From contig JACWER010000002.1 in NCBI GenBank assembly GCA_014653385.1, positions 60,258-124,257 on the forward strand: a DNA stretch of 64,000 bases, given 5' to 3'. Positions 31,078 to 39,734 of this stretch are shown here, in pieces (the stretch's first letter is position 1; each line of letters begins with the position of its first letter). The position numbers and the translations under genes are program-made. A model generated the notes under the pieces. It was not told the DNA's origin. It searched no databases and saw only the letters and a list, made by a program, of their open reading frames with translations. The DNA comes from Pelagibacterales bacterium SAG-MED50 (GTDB taxonomy: Bacteria > Pseudomonadota > Alphaproteobacteria > Pelagibacterales > Pelagibacteraceae).

Positions 31078-31120
31078 CCTGTTTAGCAGTTATATGCCCG
31101 CAATAGGATCAAATCGGCAA
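31078..31120 (-). ncRNA. SAM-II riboswitch aptamer, 5' of the SAM-V
   Basis: Minus strand TTGCCGATTTGATCCTATTGCGGGCATATAACTGCTAAACAGG: GATTT, TTGC/GCTAAA and CCT/AGG pseudoknot elements. Confidence 0.75.
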
Positions 31121-31125
31121 CTTAA

Positions 31126-31194
31126 ACTTATCAGATAAGTCCTATATTACAAGTCAAATATCAAATTGACTTTGTAATTAATAATAGTATTAAT
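31126..31194. promoter_or_regulatory. Divergent metY/rplM promoter region with back-to-back TTGACT -35 boxes and a perfect palindrome
   Basis: TTGACT at 31166 (+) and at 31157 (-); ACTTATC-A-GATAAGT at 31126-31140. Confidence 0.45.
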
Positions 31195-31203
31195 CCTCGC
31201 ACA

Positions 31204-31662
31204 ATGACAAAATTTGTAAAAAAAGACCAAGTAACTTCATCATGGTATGAAATAGATGCTACTAATGCTGTAGTTGGAAGATTAGCTACTGTAATATCTA
31301 AAATTATTAGAGGAAAAAATAAAACTACTTACACACCTCATATGGATCATGGTGATTTTGTTGTGGTTAAAAATATTGAACAGGCTAAATTTACAGGAAA
31401 AAAATTTCAAGATAAAATCTATTATAGACATACTGGACACCCAGGTGGAATTAAAGAGACAACTCCTGAAAAATTACATGAAAAAAAACCAGGTGAAACC
31501 TTAAAACTTGCTGTAAAAAGAATGCTTCCTGGTGGAGTTTTAGGTAGAAAACAATTAACTAAATTAAAGATTTATTCTGGAAGTGATCACCCACATTCAG
31601 CTCAAAATCCTCAAGTTATTGAGCTAGCTAAATTAAACAGTAAAAACTTAGTTAGAAATTAA
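31204..31662 (+). CDS. rplM: 50S ribosomal protein L13
   Basis: VVGRLA, YTPHMDHGD, YYRHTGHPGG. Confidence 0.98.
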   Translation: MTKFVKKDQVTSSWYEIDATNAVVGRLATVISKIIRGKNKTTYTPHMDHGDFVVVKNIEQAKFTGKKFQDKIYYRHTGHPGGIKETTPEKLHEKKPGETLKLAVKRMLPGGVLGRKQLTKLKIYSGSDHPHSAQNPQVIELAKLNSKNLVRN

Positions 31663-31663
31663 T

Positions 31664-32101
31664 ATGGAAAATATTCAAACTTCAACAAAAACACCTAAGC
31701 TAAAATTGGATTTTAAAGATAGTAAATATGCAACTGGTAGAAGAAAAACTTCAATAGCAAAAGTCTGGTTAAAAAAAGGGTCTGGTAAAATTTATGTTAA
31801 TGGAAAATTATTTAATGAATATTTTTCTAGTGAATTTCATCATCTTCAAATAACAAGACCTTTTGATATAATTAATCAGTCTACAGATTACGATGTAAGA
31901 TGTAGTGTTAGTGGTGGGGGACCCACAGGTCAAGCGGGGGCACTAGTACATGGTATTTCTAAAGCTCTAGTTATGTTTGATGAAAATTTAAAATCTACAT
32001 TAAAAACTGAAAAACTTACAACCAGAGACTCAAGAGCAGTTGAGAGAAAAAAACCCGGTAGAAGAAAAGCTAGAAGAAGCTTTCAATTCTCTAAAAGATA
32101 A
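31664..32101 (+). CDS. rpsI: 30S ribosomal protein S9
   Basis: ATGRRK, GGGPTGQAGA, FQFSKR. Confidence 0.98.
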   Translation: MENIQTSTKTPKLKLDFKDSKYATGRRKTSIAKVWLKKGSGKIYVNGKLFNEYFSSEFHHLQITRPFDIINQSTDYDVRCSVSGGGPTGQAGALVHGISKALVMFDENLKSTLKTEKLTTRDSRAVERKKPGRRKARRSFQFSKR

Positions 32102-32134
32102 TTTTTTTTTAAATTTAAACTGTTATAATAAATT

Positions 32135-33157
32135 ATGCCTAAGCTTAATGCATTAGTTGCTGGATCAACTGGATATATTGGAGTTCAATTAATTAAATTA
32201 TTGGTTAAACACAAATATATTAACATTAAATATCTGTGCGGAAATAGTTCTGTTGGAAAAAAAATTTCTAATTATGACATATCTCTATCTAAAAAAAAAT
32301 TACCAACAATTATCAAATTTGATAAAAAACTTTTAAAAGATGTGGATATAGTTTTTACCGCTTTACCTAATGGTGAGGCTCAAGATATATCAAACCATTT
32401 AACAAAAAATATTACTTTAATAGATTTAGCAGCAGATTTCAGATTAGAAAAAGGATCTGAATATCTAAAATGGTATAAAAAAAAACATAGAGCATTAAGT
32501 TTAATTAAAAAGAGTTTATATACTCTTCCAGAAATTAACGGGCACAATCTTAAGAAATATCAAATTATATCTTGTCCAGGTTGTTATCCAACGTCAATAT
32601 TACTTCCTTTAATTCCACTTTTCAAAAATAAATTAGTAAAAGTAAATAATATTATAATTGACTCTAAATCTGGTTATTCAGGTGCTGGAAGAGGTGTCCA
32701 CAAAAAGTATAGAAATAAAAATTTATATGAGTCTTTAAGTGCTTATGGCGTTGGTTTTCACCGTCACAATTCAGAGATTGATCAAATGCTAAAAAAATTT
32801 ACCAAAAAAAAGCTGGGTTTTAATTTTACACCACATTTAACTCCTATGTTTCGTGGAATTTTAAGTACAATTTATATTGATTTAGAAACTAATGTAACTC
32901 AATCAAAAGTTATTAAAATTCTTAAAGATTTTTATAAAAATGATATCTTTGTAAATATTTTGAAAGCAGATAGTTTAATAAGTACAAATGATGTGATTAA
33001 TTCAAATAATTGCCATATATCTGTTTGCAAATCTAAATACAAAAATAAAATCATAATCTTATCTGCCATTGATAATTTGATTAAAGGAGGTGCAGGTCAA
33101 GCTGTTCAGAACCTTAATATGAAATTTAGATTTCCTTTGAAAACTGCTTTATCATGA
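32135..33157 (+). CDS. argC: N-acetyl-gamma-glutamyl-phosphate reductase
   Basis: GSTGYIG, CPGCYPT, SGYSGAG, DNLIKGGAGQA. Confidence 0.96.
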   Translation: MPKLNALVAGSTGYIGVQLIKLLVKHKYINIKYLCGNSSVGKKISNYDISLSKKKLPTIIKFDKKLLKDVDIVFTALPNGEAQDISNHLTKNITLIDLAADFRLEKGSEYLKWYKKKHRALSLIKKSLYTLPEINGHNLKKYQIISCPGCYPTSILLPLIPLFKNKLVKVNNIIIDSKSGYSGAGRGVHKKYRNKNLYESLSAYGVGFHRHNSEIDQMLKKFTKKKLGFNFTPHLTPMFRGILSTIYIDLETNVTQSKVIKILKDFYKNDIFVNILKADSLISTNDVINSNNCHISVCKSKYKNKIIILSAIDNLIKGGAGQAVQNLNMKFRFPLKTALS

Positions 33158-33381
33158 AACTAGTTTTAATTTTATCTATAATATTATTTTTAAATAACTG
33201 TTCATTAAATAAAGATTCTAAATACTGGACAGAAGATGGTGTTAAAAAAGTTGAAGATCAAAAAAAACTATCTAGCATATTAAAAAAGTCAGCAGATATA
33301 ACAACTATGACCTATGAAGAATATAAAATTTATATAGATGACTTTACAAAAACAAGTAAATATCCTGATATCAATCAATGA
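33154..33381 (+). CDS. Small hypothetical lipoprotein
   Basis: Lipobox LNNC; 4-nt overlaps with argC and hom. Confidence 0.7.
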   Translation: MKLVLILSIILFLNNCSLNKDSKYWTEDGVKKVEDQKKLSSILKKSADITTMTYEEYKIYIDDFTKTSKYPDINQ

Positions 33382-34670
33382 ATAATACAATAAATATTGC
33401 AGTAGTGGGCTTAGGTCAGGTAGGTATTTATTTGCTGAATGAATTAAATACTAAAAAAAAAGATATTGAACTTAAAACTGGAAAAAAAATTAATATTGTA
33501 GCTATATCAGCAAGAAATATTAATAAAAAAAGACAATTTAAAATTAATAAAAAAATTTTTTTTAAAAATCCTTTAGAAATTTTCAATAAATCAAAAGTTG
33601 ATATTTTATTCGAAGCTATAGGTCAATCAGATAGTGTATCAAAAAAAGTTGTTGAAACTGCATTAAAAAAAAAAATTCATGTTATTACACCTAACAAAGC
33701 ATTAATTTCAAAACATGGAAATGAATTAGCAAAAATTGCAGAAAATAATAATGTTAATCTGGAATTCGAAGCTTCTGTTGCCGGAGGTATTCCCATATTA
33801 AGATCAATTAAAGAAGGTTTAGCTACTAACAAAATCTTAAAAGTTTATGGAATATTAAACGGCACATCTAATTATATTCTTTCAGAAATGGAAAATTCTA
33901 ACCAAAGCTTTTCTAATGTTTTGAAAAATGCCCAAAAACTTGGTTATGCTGAACCAGGAAACTCAAAATTAGATTTAAATGGATTTGATGCATTTGCAAA
34001 AGTTAGAATTTTATCAGCACTATCTTTTAATAGTAAAATTTCTAAACACAAATGCTTGATGGAAGGAATTGAAAAAATTGACCTTAAAGATATCAAGATT
34101 GCCAACCAATTGGATTTAAGAATTAAACTTCTAGGAATATCTGAATTAAAAAATGGTCATTTGTTTGAAACTGTGCATCCATGCCTGGTTAGTAAAAATT
34201 CTTATATTGGTAATGTTTCTGGTGTAATGAATGCTGTTATCCTTGAAGGAAAACCTGTTGGTGAAAGTATTTTACAAGGTGAGGGCGCTGGGCCAGGACC
34301 CACATCCTCAGCATTGCTTTCTGATTTATTATCTATTTTGAGAGGTGGTATTAAAAAACCTTTAGGCGTTTCTGTTAATAAACTTAAATCTTTAAAACCA
34401 TATAATGTTAACAACTATGTTAATTCTTTGTATTTAAGATTTGAAGTTAAAGATAAGCCAGGTGTTTTATCTAAAATTACTAACCGTTTAGCTAAATACA
34501 AAATATCTGTAAAAAGACTTATTCAAACACCTAATAAAAAAGATAGTAAGGCTACTATTGTTATAATAACTCACAAAACATCCGAACTTAATTGTAATAA
34601 TTGTTTGTCTATATTTAAAAAAAACAAAGATATTCTTAAAACACCCGTATTAATAAGACTGTATAATTAA
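33378..34670 (+). CDS. hom: Homoserine dehydrogenase
   Basis: GLGQVG, NKAL, FEASVAGGIP, GILNGT, GAGPGPT, C-terminal ACT. Confidence 0.95.
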   Translation: MNNTINIAVVGLGQVGIYLLNELNTKKKDIELKTGKKINIVAISARNINKKRQFKINKKIFFKNPLEIFNKSKVDILFEAIGQSDSVSKKVVETALKKKIHVITPNKALISKHGNELAKIAENNNVNLEFEASVAGGIPILRSIKEGLATNKILKVYGILNGTSNYILSEMENSNQSFSNVLKNAQKLGYAEPGNSKLDLNGFDAFAKVRILSALSFNSKISKHKCLMEGIEKIDLKDIKIANQLDLRIKLLGISELKNGHLFETVHPCLVSKNSYIGNVSGVMNAVILEGKPVGESILQGEGAGPGPTSSALLSDLLSILRGGIKKPLGVSVNKLKSLKPYNVNNYVNSLYLRFEVKDKPGVLSKITNRLAKYKISVKRLIQTPNKKDSKATIVIITHKTSELNCNNCLSIFKKNKDILKTPVLIRLYN

Positions 34671-35569
34671 TGGATATTTATTTAAAACTCTTTGAAGTTT
34701 TATTTCCAGTATTTTTTATAGTTGGTATTGGCTTTTTATTAGGAAAAAAGAACCCAAATTTTGATACTTCTTTTATCACAACATATGCAGGTAACTTTGG
34801 AACTCCCGCATTGGTAATATTCGCACTTACTGCTGGTGGTGTATCTTTTGAAGTTTTCAAAGAGATCTTTTTTTATGCTTTAATTCTACTTAGTGCATTT
34901 GGGATAGTTGGACTAATTTTTTTAGTTTTAATGAAAAAAGATTATATAAGAGAACTACCACCATTTTTTTTGCCTAATACGGGAAATATGGGTATTCCAA
35001 TTTGTTTATTTGCATATGGAGAACTAGGTATGGGTATAGCAGCTGCTATTTCTTCCTTAGTTGTATTATTACACTTTACCCTTAATATTTTTTTAGCTAA
35101 AAGAGCTTTTGATTTTCAAACAATTTTTAAAAGTCCAGCTTTTTATGCAATTATCGTTACAGTTTTATTTTTATATTTTGAACAACCTGTTCCTCAATTT
35201 GTAATGAATACTGTAATGCTGCTAGCATATGGAATGATTGTCATGATATTAATGTCTTTAGGTGTTGCACTTACTCAAATGAAAGTCTTTTCTTTTAAAG
35301 ATGCTGTTATAACTTCAACGGGTCGAGTTATAATTGGTCCTTTAATTGGATTGGCAGTTATAAAATTATTTGATCTTTCTGGTGTTTCGGCTGGTGTAAT
35401 TTTAATTCAATCATCAATGCCTAGTGCTATATTATGTTATTTAGTTGCTTCAATGTATTCACCTAAAGTCATTGTTGATAATATTTCTAGTACAATTGTC
35501 GTTTCTACTATTATGTCATTAGTCACAATTCCAATTACTTTATTCTTTGCTTTAAAATACTTCTATTAA
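34670..35569 (+). CDS. AEC (auxin efflux carrier) family transporter
   Basis: About 10 TM segments; PNTGNMGIPI, QSSMPSA. Confidence 0.88.
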   Translation: MDIYLKLFEVLFPVFFIVGIGFLLGKKNPNFDTSFITTYAGNFGTPALVIFALTAGGVSFEVFKEIFFYALILLSAFGIVGLIFLVLMKKDYIRELPPFFLPNTGNMGIPICLFAYGELGMGIAAAISSLVVLLHFTLNIFLAKRAFDFQTIFKSPAFYAIIVTVLFLYFEQPVPQFVMNTVMLLAYGMIVMILMSLGVALTQMKVFSFKDAVITSTGRVIIGPLIGLAVIKLFDLSGVSAGVILIQSSMPSAILCYLVASMYSPKVIVDNISSTIVVSTIMSLVTIPITLFFALKYFY

Positions 35570-35585
35570 AAGGTATCCTTCTATT

Positions 35586-36437
35586 ATGAAGGCAATAATT
35601 TTAAATGCTTCTGCATGGATGATTGTTCCTGTTATGGATGCTTTTGCAAAATACTTAAGTTCATCTATGGATGTTCTCCAAATTACATGGGCTAGATATT
35701 TCTTCACTGTGGTTTTTACTTTATTTTTAATGCTAATTTTCTACAGACACACATTGGTATGGACAAAAAAACCCGCCCTTCAGTTAATAAGAGGATTAAT
35801 TTTTGTTTTTTCTACGTATTTATTCTTTTATGCAATATCAGAAATTTCCCTTCCCAAAGCTTTAACTTTAGCTTTCGTTGCCCCTATATGCGTAACAGCT
35901 TTGTCACCTTTTTTCCTAAATGAGAAAGTAGGGGTGAAAAGGTGGACGGCCGTATCCTTAGGGTTTATTGGAACATTGATAGTAATAAGACCTGGTTTTA
36001 TTGAGTTAAACTTACCTACAATGGCTGCGTTAGGTAATGGAATTTGTTACGGATTTTATCTTATAATTACAAGGAAGCTCAGTACTTCAGATAATCCACT
36101 TTTAACGCTTTTGTTATCGGGTTTGATAGGAACTATCATAATTAGCCTATTTATACCTTCTGTTTGGGTTAATCCGACCTCAAATCAATGGATTTTAATG
36201 GCTTTAATCGGCCTTGTAGCTTCCGTAGCGCATCTTTTCATAATTTTATCCCTCAAATATGCTGATGCATCTAAATTAGCTCCTTTGGGCTATACAGAAA
36301 TTATTACAAATATACTTATCAGCTACTATTTCTTTCATGAATTACCTGATAACTGGACTTATTTAGGTTTATTCATCATTGTTTTAAGTGGGTTATATAT
36401 TTCTAGGAGAGAATACTATTTAAATAAATTTAATTAA
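35586..36437 (+). CDS. DMT/EamA family transporter
   Basis: ITWARY, LNEKVG, GTLIVIRPG, ADASKLAP. Confidence 0.9.
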   Translation: MKAIILNASAWMIVPVMDAFAKYLSSSMDVLQITWARYFFTVVFTLFLMLIFYRHTLVWTKKPALQLIRGLIFVFSTYLFFYAISEISLPKALTLAFVAPICVTALSPFFLNEKVGVKRWTAVSLGFIGTLIVIRPGFIELNLPTMAALGNGICYGFYLIITRKLSTSDNPLLTLLLSGLIGTIIISLFIPSVWVNPTSNQWILMALIGLVASVAHLFIILSLKYADASKLAPLGYTEIITNILISYYFFHELPDNWTYLGLFIIVLSGLYISRREYYLNKFN

Positions 36438-36905
36438 TAGTAATTATTTATTTACTATATATTAATGTATTACATTAATTAATATATATAAATTTTTGTA
36501 ATTATTACATTATTTAATTTTATTAAATATTTATATTTTTGATAATCTACAAAATAAATAATACTATGTTTCTAAAAATTTATCAATAATTAGAAAAAAT
36601 TAAATTAATGATTTATTAAATATTGAATTATTTAATTATTAAAATTGGATTAATAATTCAAATATCTAATTATTGTTAAAAGTCTTTATTATCAACATTT
36701 TTTTAGCATCAGAAAATATTTATGTCACCAATTAATATTACATGACGAAAGGAGAGGGAAAATAAGTAAAAAAAAATGGGATTTTTATCGTCCTCTATAA
36801 TTGTTGGTATTATTGAAAACTGGAGCAATGCACTATCAGAATATATGGTTTAAACGGCCATAGAGTACCTTATTTTAAGCAAAGATCGATATATAGTACA
36901 ACTGA

Positions 36906-36933
36906 AGGGTGCATAATACCATTTATGGGAAAA
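36906..36933 (+). other. dif-like site (11-6-11)
   Basis: AGGGTGCATAA-TACCAT-TTATGGGAAAA, inner GCATAA/TTATG as in proteobacterial dif; lies at the gene-orientation switch. Confidence 0.5.
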
Positions 36934-36999
36934 AAGATTAAAATAGCTTAAAAGTGTTTATTTTAAGGGTTAATTTAAGGATTTGGTGTTTATAAAACG

Positions 37000-37320
37000 C
37001 TATTTAATTAAGACCTTTTCTAACATCAGTAATCGCCTTTTTTGCTGAATACCGCCTTTTCCTGAGTAGCCACCAAGGCTGCCATCAGATCTTATCACTC
37101 TATGGCACGGTATTTTGGGAGGATAGGGGTTTTTACCTACAGCATTAGCAACTGCCCTGAAAGCTTTAGGTTTTCCAATTGCTTTAGCAATTTCTAAGTA
37201 GGTTTTAACCTTACCTTTGGGTATTTTTTTTATGTAATTCCAAACTTTTAGCTGAAACTTAGTTCCCTTATATAATTTCTTCCATTTCACTTTATCTTTT
37301 TGCCTCAAAGATCTAATCAT
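37000..37320 (-). CDS. ogt: Methylated-DNA-protein-cysteine methyltransferase (single C-terminal domain)
   Basis: GTKFQLKVW, IPKG, RAVANA, PCHRV active site. Confidence 0.88.
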   Translation of the reverse strand: MIRSLRQKDKVKWKKLYKGTKFQLKVWNYIKKIPKGKVKTYLEIAKAIGKPKAFRAVANAVGKNPYPPKIPCHRVIRSDGSLGGYSGKGGIQQKRRLLMLEKVLIK

Positions 37321-37338
37321 AATTATTAAATAAGAAAT

Positions 37339-37515
37339 TTAACCCACTGAAATTATTGCCAAATAACTAAATAAGAAAATAATTGATAAAATTGATAAAT
37401 ATATCGTTTCTTTTGTTTTTCCCGATTTCTTATAATGGACTACACTTAAAAATATAAAAGCTATTGATGTTATTAAAAAATTTATCGGCTCAATAATGCC
37501 ATCTAAACCTGCCAT
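37339..37515 (-). CDS. 58-aa hypothetical two-TM membrane protein (not in ORF track)
   Basis: MAGLDGIIEPINFLITSIAFIFLSVVHYKKSGKTKETIYLSILSIIFLFSYLAIISVG*; two hydrophobic helices joined by a Lys-rich loop. Confidence 0.6.
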   Translation of the reverse strand: MAGLDGIIEPINFLITSIAFIFLSVVHYKKSGKTKETIYLSILSIIFLFSYLAIISVG

Positions 37516-37535
37516 AATTATTTAAATTTATACTA

Positions 37536-37596
37536 TTGACATTAAAAATCACTTGTTATATTACTAACGATAATTAATGGTTATCAATAGTAATAT
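37536..37596 (+). promoter_or_regulatory. sigma70-type promoter overlapped by a 16-7-16 inverted repeat (lox/dif-like site or operator)
   Basis: TTGACA at 37536; ATATTACTAACGATAA-TTAATGG-TTATCAATAGTAATAT at 37558-37596 with 14/16 arm symmetry. Confidence 0.7.
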
Positions 37597-38551
37597 GAAT
37601 GATATAATAAAAAATATAAAAGCATTACAGGAAGAAACATTATTAAACCTTCAAAGCTCAAAGGCAGATAATACTATAAGGGCTTACAAATCAGACTTTA
37701 ACGACTTTGGTTTATTTTGTGTGCAAAATGGTTTTAAATCACTTCCATCTGAACCAAAAATAGTTTCACTCTATTTAACTTATTTATCAACTAAAGGTAT
37801 TAAAATGAGTACTTTAAAGAGAAGATTAGTATCAATAGGCCTCATACATAAAATAAAAGGACACTACCTAGATACAAAACATCCCACAATTATTGAAAAT
37901 ATAATGGGTATTAAGAGAAGGAAAGGTAGTACTCAAAAAGGTAAAAAACCATTATTAATCAATAATTTAAAACAAATTATTAATGTTATAGATAATGAAA
38001 TAAATGAGGAAATAAAAAAAATTAGGGATAGAACAATAATCTTAATTGGTTTTTCAGGAGGGTTTAGGAGGAATGAGTTGGTATCACTAGACTTGGAAGA
38101 TATTGATTTTGTAGAAGAAGGTCTAAAAATAAATCTTAAGAGATCAAAAACAGATCAATTTGGAGAAGGGTTTGTAAAAGGACTGCCCTACTTTAACAAT
38201 CAAGAATTTTGCCCTGTAGTTTCAATAGAAAAATGGATTAAAATAGCAAAAATTAATTCAGGACCATTATTTAGAAGATTTACAAAAGGGTTAAAATTAT
38301 CTGAGAATAGATTGACAGATCAAACAGTTGCTTTGCTCATAAAAAAATATCTTAAATTAGCAGGTATAAATAACAAAAACTATTCTGGACATAGTTTAAG
38401 ATCAGGATTTGCAACTTCTGCAGCCGAGTCTGGAGCCGAAGAAAGGAATATAATGGCGATGACAGGACATAAGTCAACTGAGATGGTGAGAAGATATATT
38501 AAAGAAGCCAATCTTTTTAAAAATAACGCATTAAATAAAATTAATTTATAA
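37595..38551 (+). CDS. Tyrosine recombinase, Cre-like subfamily (start set at ATG 37595)
   Basis: NTIRAYKSD, RDRTIILIGFSGGFRRNEL, RSKTDQFGEG, CPV, GHSLRSGFAT, TGHKSTEMVRRY; R-K-HxxR-H-Y all present. Confidence 0.93.
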   Translation: MNDIIKNIKALQEETLLNLQSSKADNTIRAYKSDFNDFGLFCVQNGFKSLPSEPKIVSLYLTYLSTKGIKMSTLKRRLVSIGLIHKIKGHYLDTKHPTIIENIMGIKRRKGSTQKGKKPLLINNLKQIINVIDNEINEEIKKIRDRTIILIGFSGGFRRNELVSLDLEDIDFVEEGLKINLKRSKTDQFGEGFVKGLPYFNNQEFCPVVSIEKWIKIAKINSGPLFRRFTKGLKLSENRLTDQTVALLIKKYLKLAGINNKNYSGHSLRSGFATSAAESGAEERNIMAMTGHKSTEMVRRYIKEANLFKNNALNKINL

Positions 38552-39734
38552 ACTTAGGAAATGGAACATGTGAAATAAATTTAAGTCCTTTTTTAATAAA
38601 TTTTTTTTCTTTTTTAATAATTTCCTTACTAAAATTCCATGCACCTAAAAAAACATAATCATAATTTTTCAGAATATTTTTATTATATTTCAAAATTTTA
38701 ATATTTCGTCCAGGTATATAATTGTTAATTTTTTCTGGTGTTGTATCAGTAAAATTTGAAATTAGATCTTTATTAATATTACAATAATTTAATACAGTTA
38801 CAGCTTTTGCAGTTGCACCATAACCAATTATACTTTTATTATTTTTTTTAATTTTATTGAGAATTTGTATAAGTTTTTTTTTAGATTTAGAGACGTTATT
38901 TGAGAATTTTTTATAAGTTTTAAATTTATGTAATTCATAAAAGATTTCTTTTTTAATTTGAATATTAACTCTATTTGTAACCTTAAAATTTTTATTTTTT
39001 TTTCTTTTAATATAGTATCGTAGAGAACCACCATGAGTTGGTAAATTTTCCAAATCAAAAATTTCAAGATTAAATTTATTTAGTAAATAATTAACCGCTA
39101 TAGCTGAAAAAAGATAAATATGTTCATTATAAAATTGATCATAGGAATTTTTTTTAACACATTCAAGTAATGAAGGATCTTCAATTATCAAAACCCCGTC
39201 ATCAGACAATAAGAGACAAATTGATTTAAAGACATCATTTAAATCACTAATATGAGTTAATGTATTAGCAGAATATATTACATCAACAAATTTAAATTTT
39301 TTTTTGATTTTTGAGGCTAAATTCAAATTCCAATAATCATCATATGTTAGAAAATTATTTTTTTTTGTTATTTGGGCCAAGTTTTTACATGGTTCCACCC
39401 CTATTACATTATCTTTGTTAAAATTTTTTATCAAAGCACCATCATTACTTCCAATTTCTAAAAGTAAATTTGGATTGAATCTTTTTTTTATTATTTGTGA
39501 TAAATTTTTAAAAGAAGCTTTCATCGTAAGTGACATAGAAGATCTGTAAGGGTATTTGGAATTAAACATTTTTTCTGACGGTATTCGTTTTGATATTGAG
39601 ACAAGTTTAGTGTTAGTGTTAAAACAAACTTTTAAATTGTATAATTGACCTTTTTTGATAGATAATTTTTTTGGACTTTTTTGATATTCATTTGCCAAAG
39701 GTTGAAGACCTAAGTTTAAAAAAGGCTTAATCAT
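38541..39734 (-). CDS. NDP-sugar C-methyltransferase (class I SAM-dependent)
   Basis: LNLGLQPLAN, YPYRSS, EIGSNDG, YDQFYNEH, THGGSLR, GYGATAK, AWNF. Confidence 0.88.
   Translation of the reverse strand: MIKPFLNLGLQPLANEYQKSPKKLSIKKGQLYNLKVCFNTNTKLVSISKRIPSEKMFNSKYPYRSSMSLTMKASFKNLSQIIKKRFNPNLLLEIGSNDGALIKNFNKDNVIGVEPCKNLAQITKKNNFLTYDDYWNLNLASKIKKKFKFVDVIYSANTLTHISDLNDVFKSICLLLSDDGVLIIEDPSLLECVKKNSYDQFYNEHIYLFSAIAVNYLLNKFNLEIFDLENLPTHGGSLRYYIKRKKNKNFKVTNRVNIQIKKEIFYELHKFKTYKKFSNNVSKSKKKLIQILNKIKKNNKSIIGYGATAKAVTVLNYCNINKDLISNFTDTTPEKINNYIPGRNIKILKYNKNILKNYDYVFLGAWNFSKEIIKKEKKFIKKGLKFISHVPFPKFIN

Noticed and set aside
36751-36758. KOPS motif pointing to the dif-like site
   Set aside because: GGAGAGGG mismatches GGGNAGGG and is a single copy
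36438-36999. oriC or CRISPR array in the AT-rich gap
   Set aside because: No DnaA-box cluster seen, genes converge rather than diverge here, and there are no regularly spaced direct repeats or cas genes
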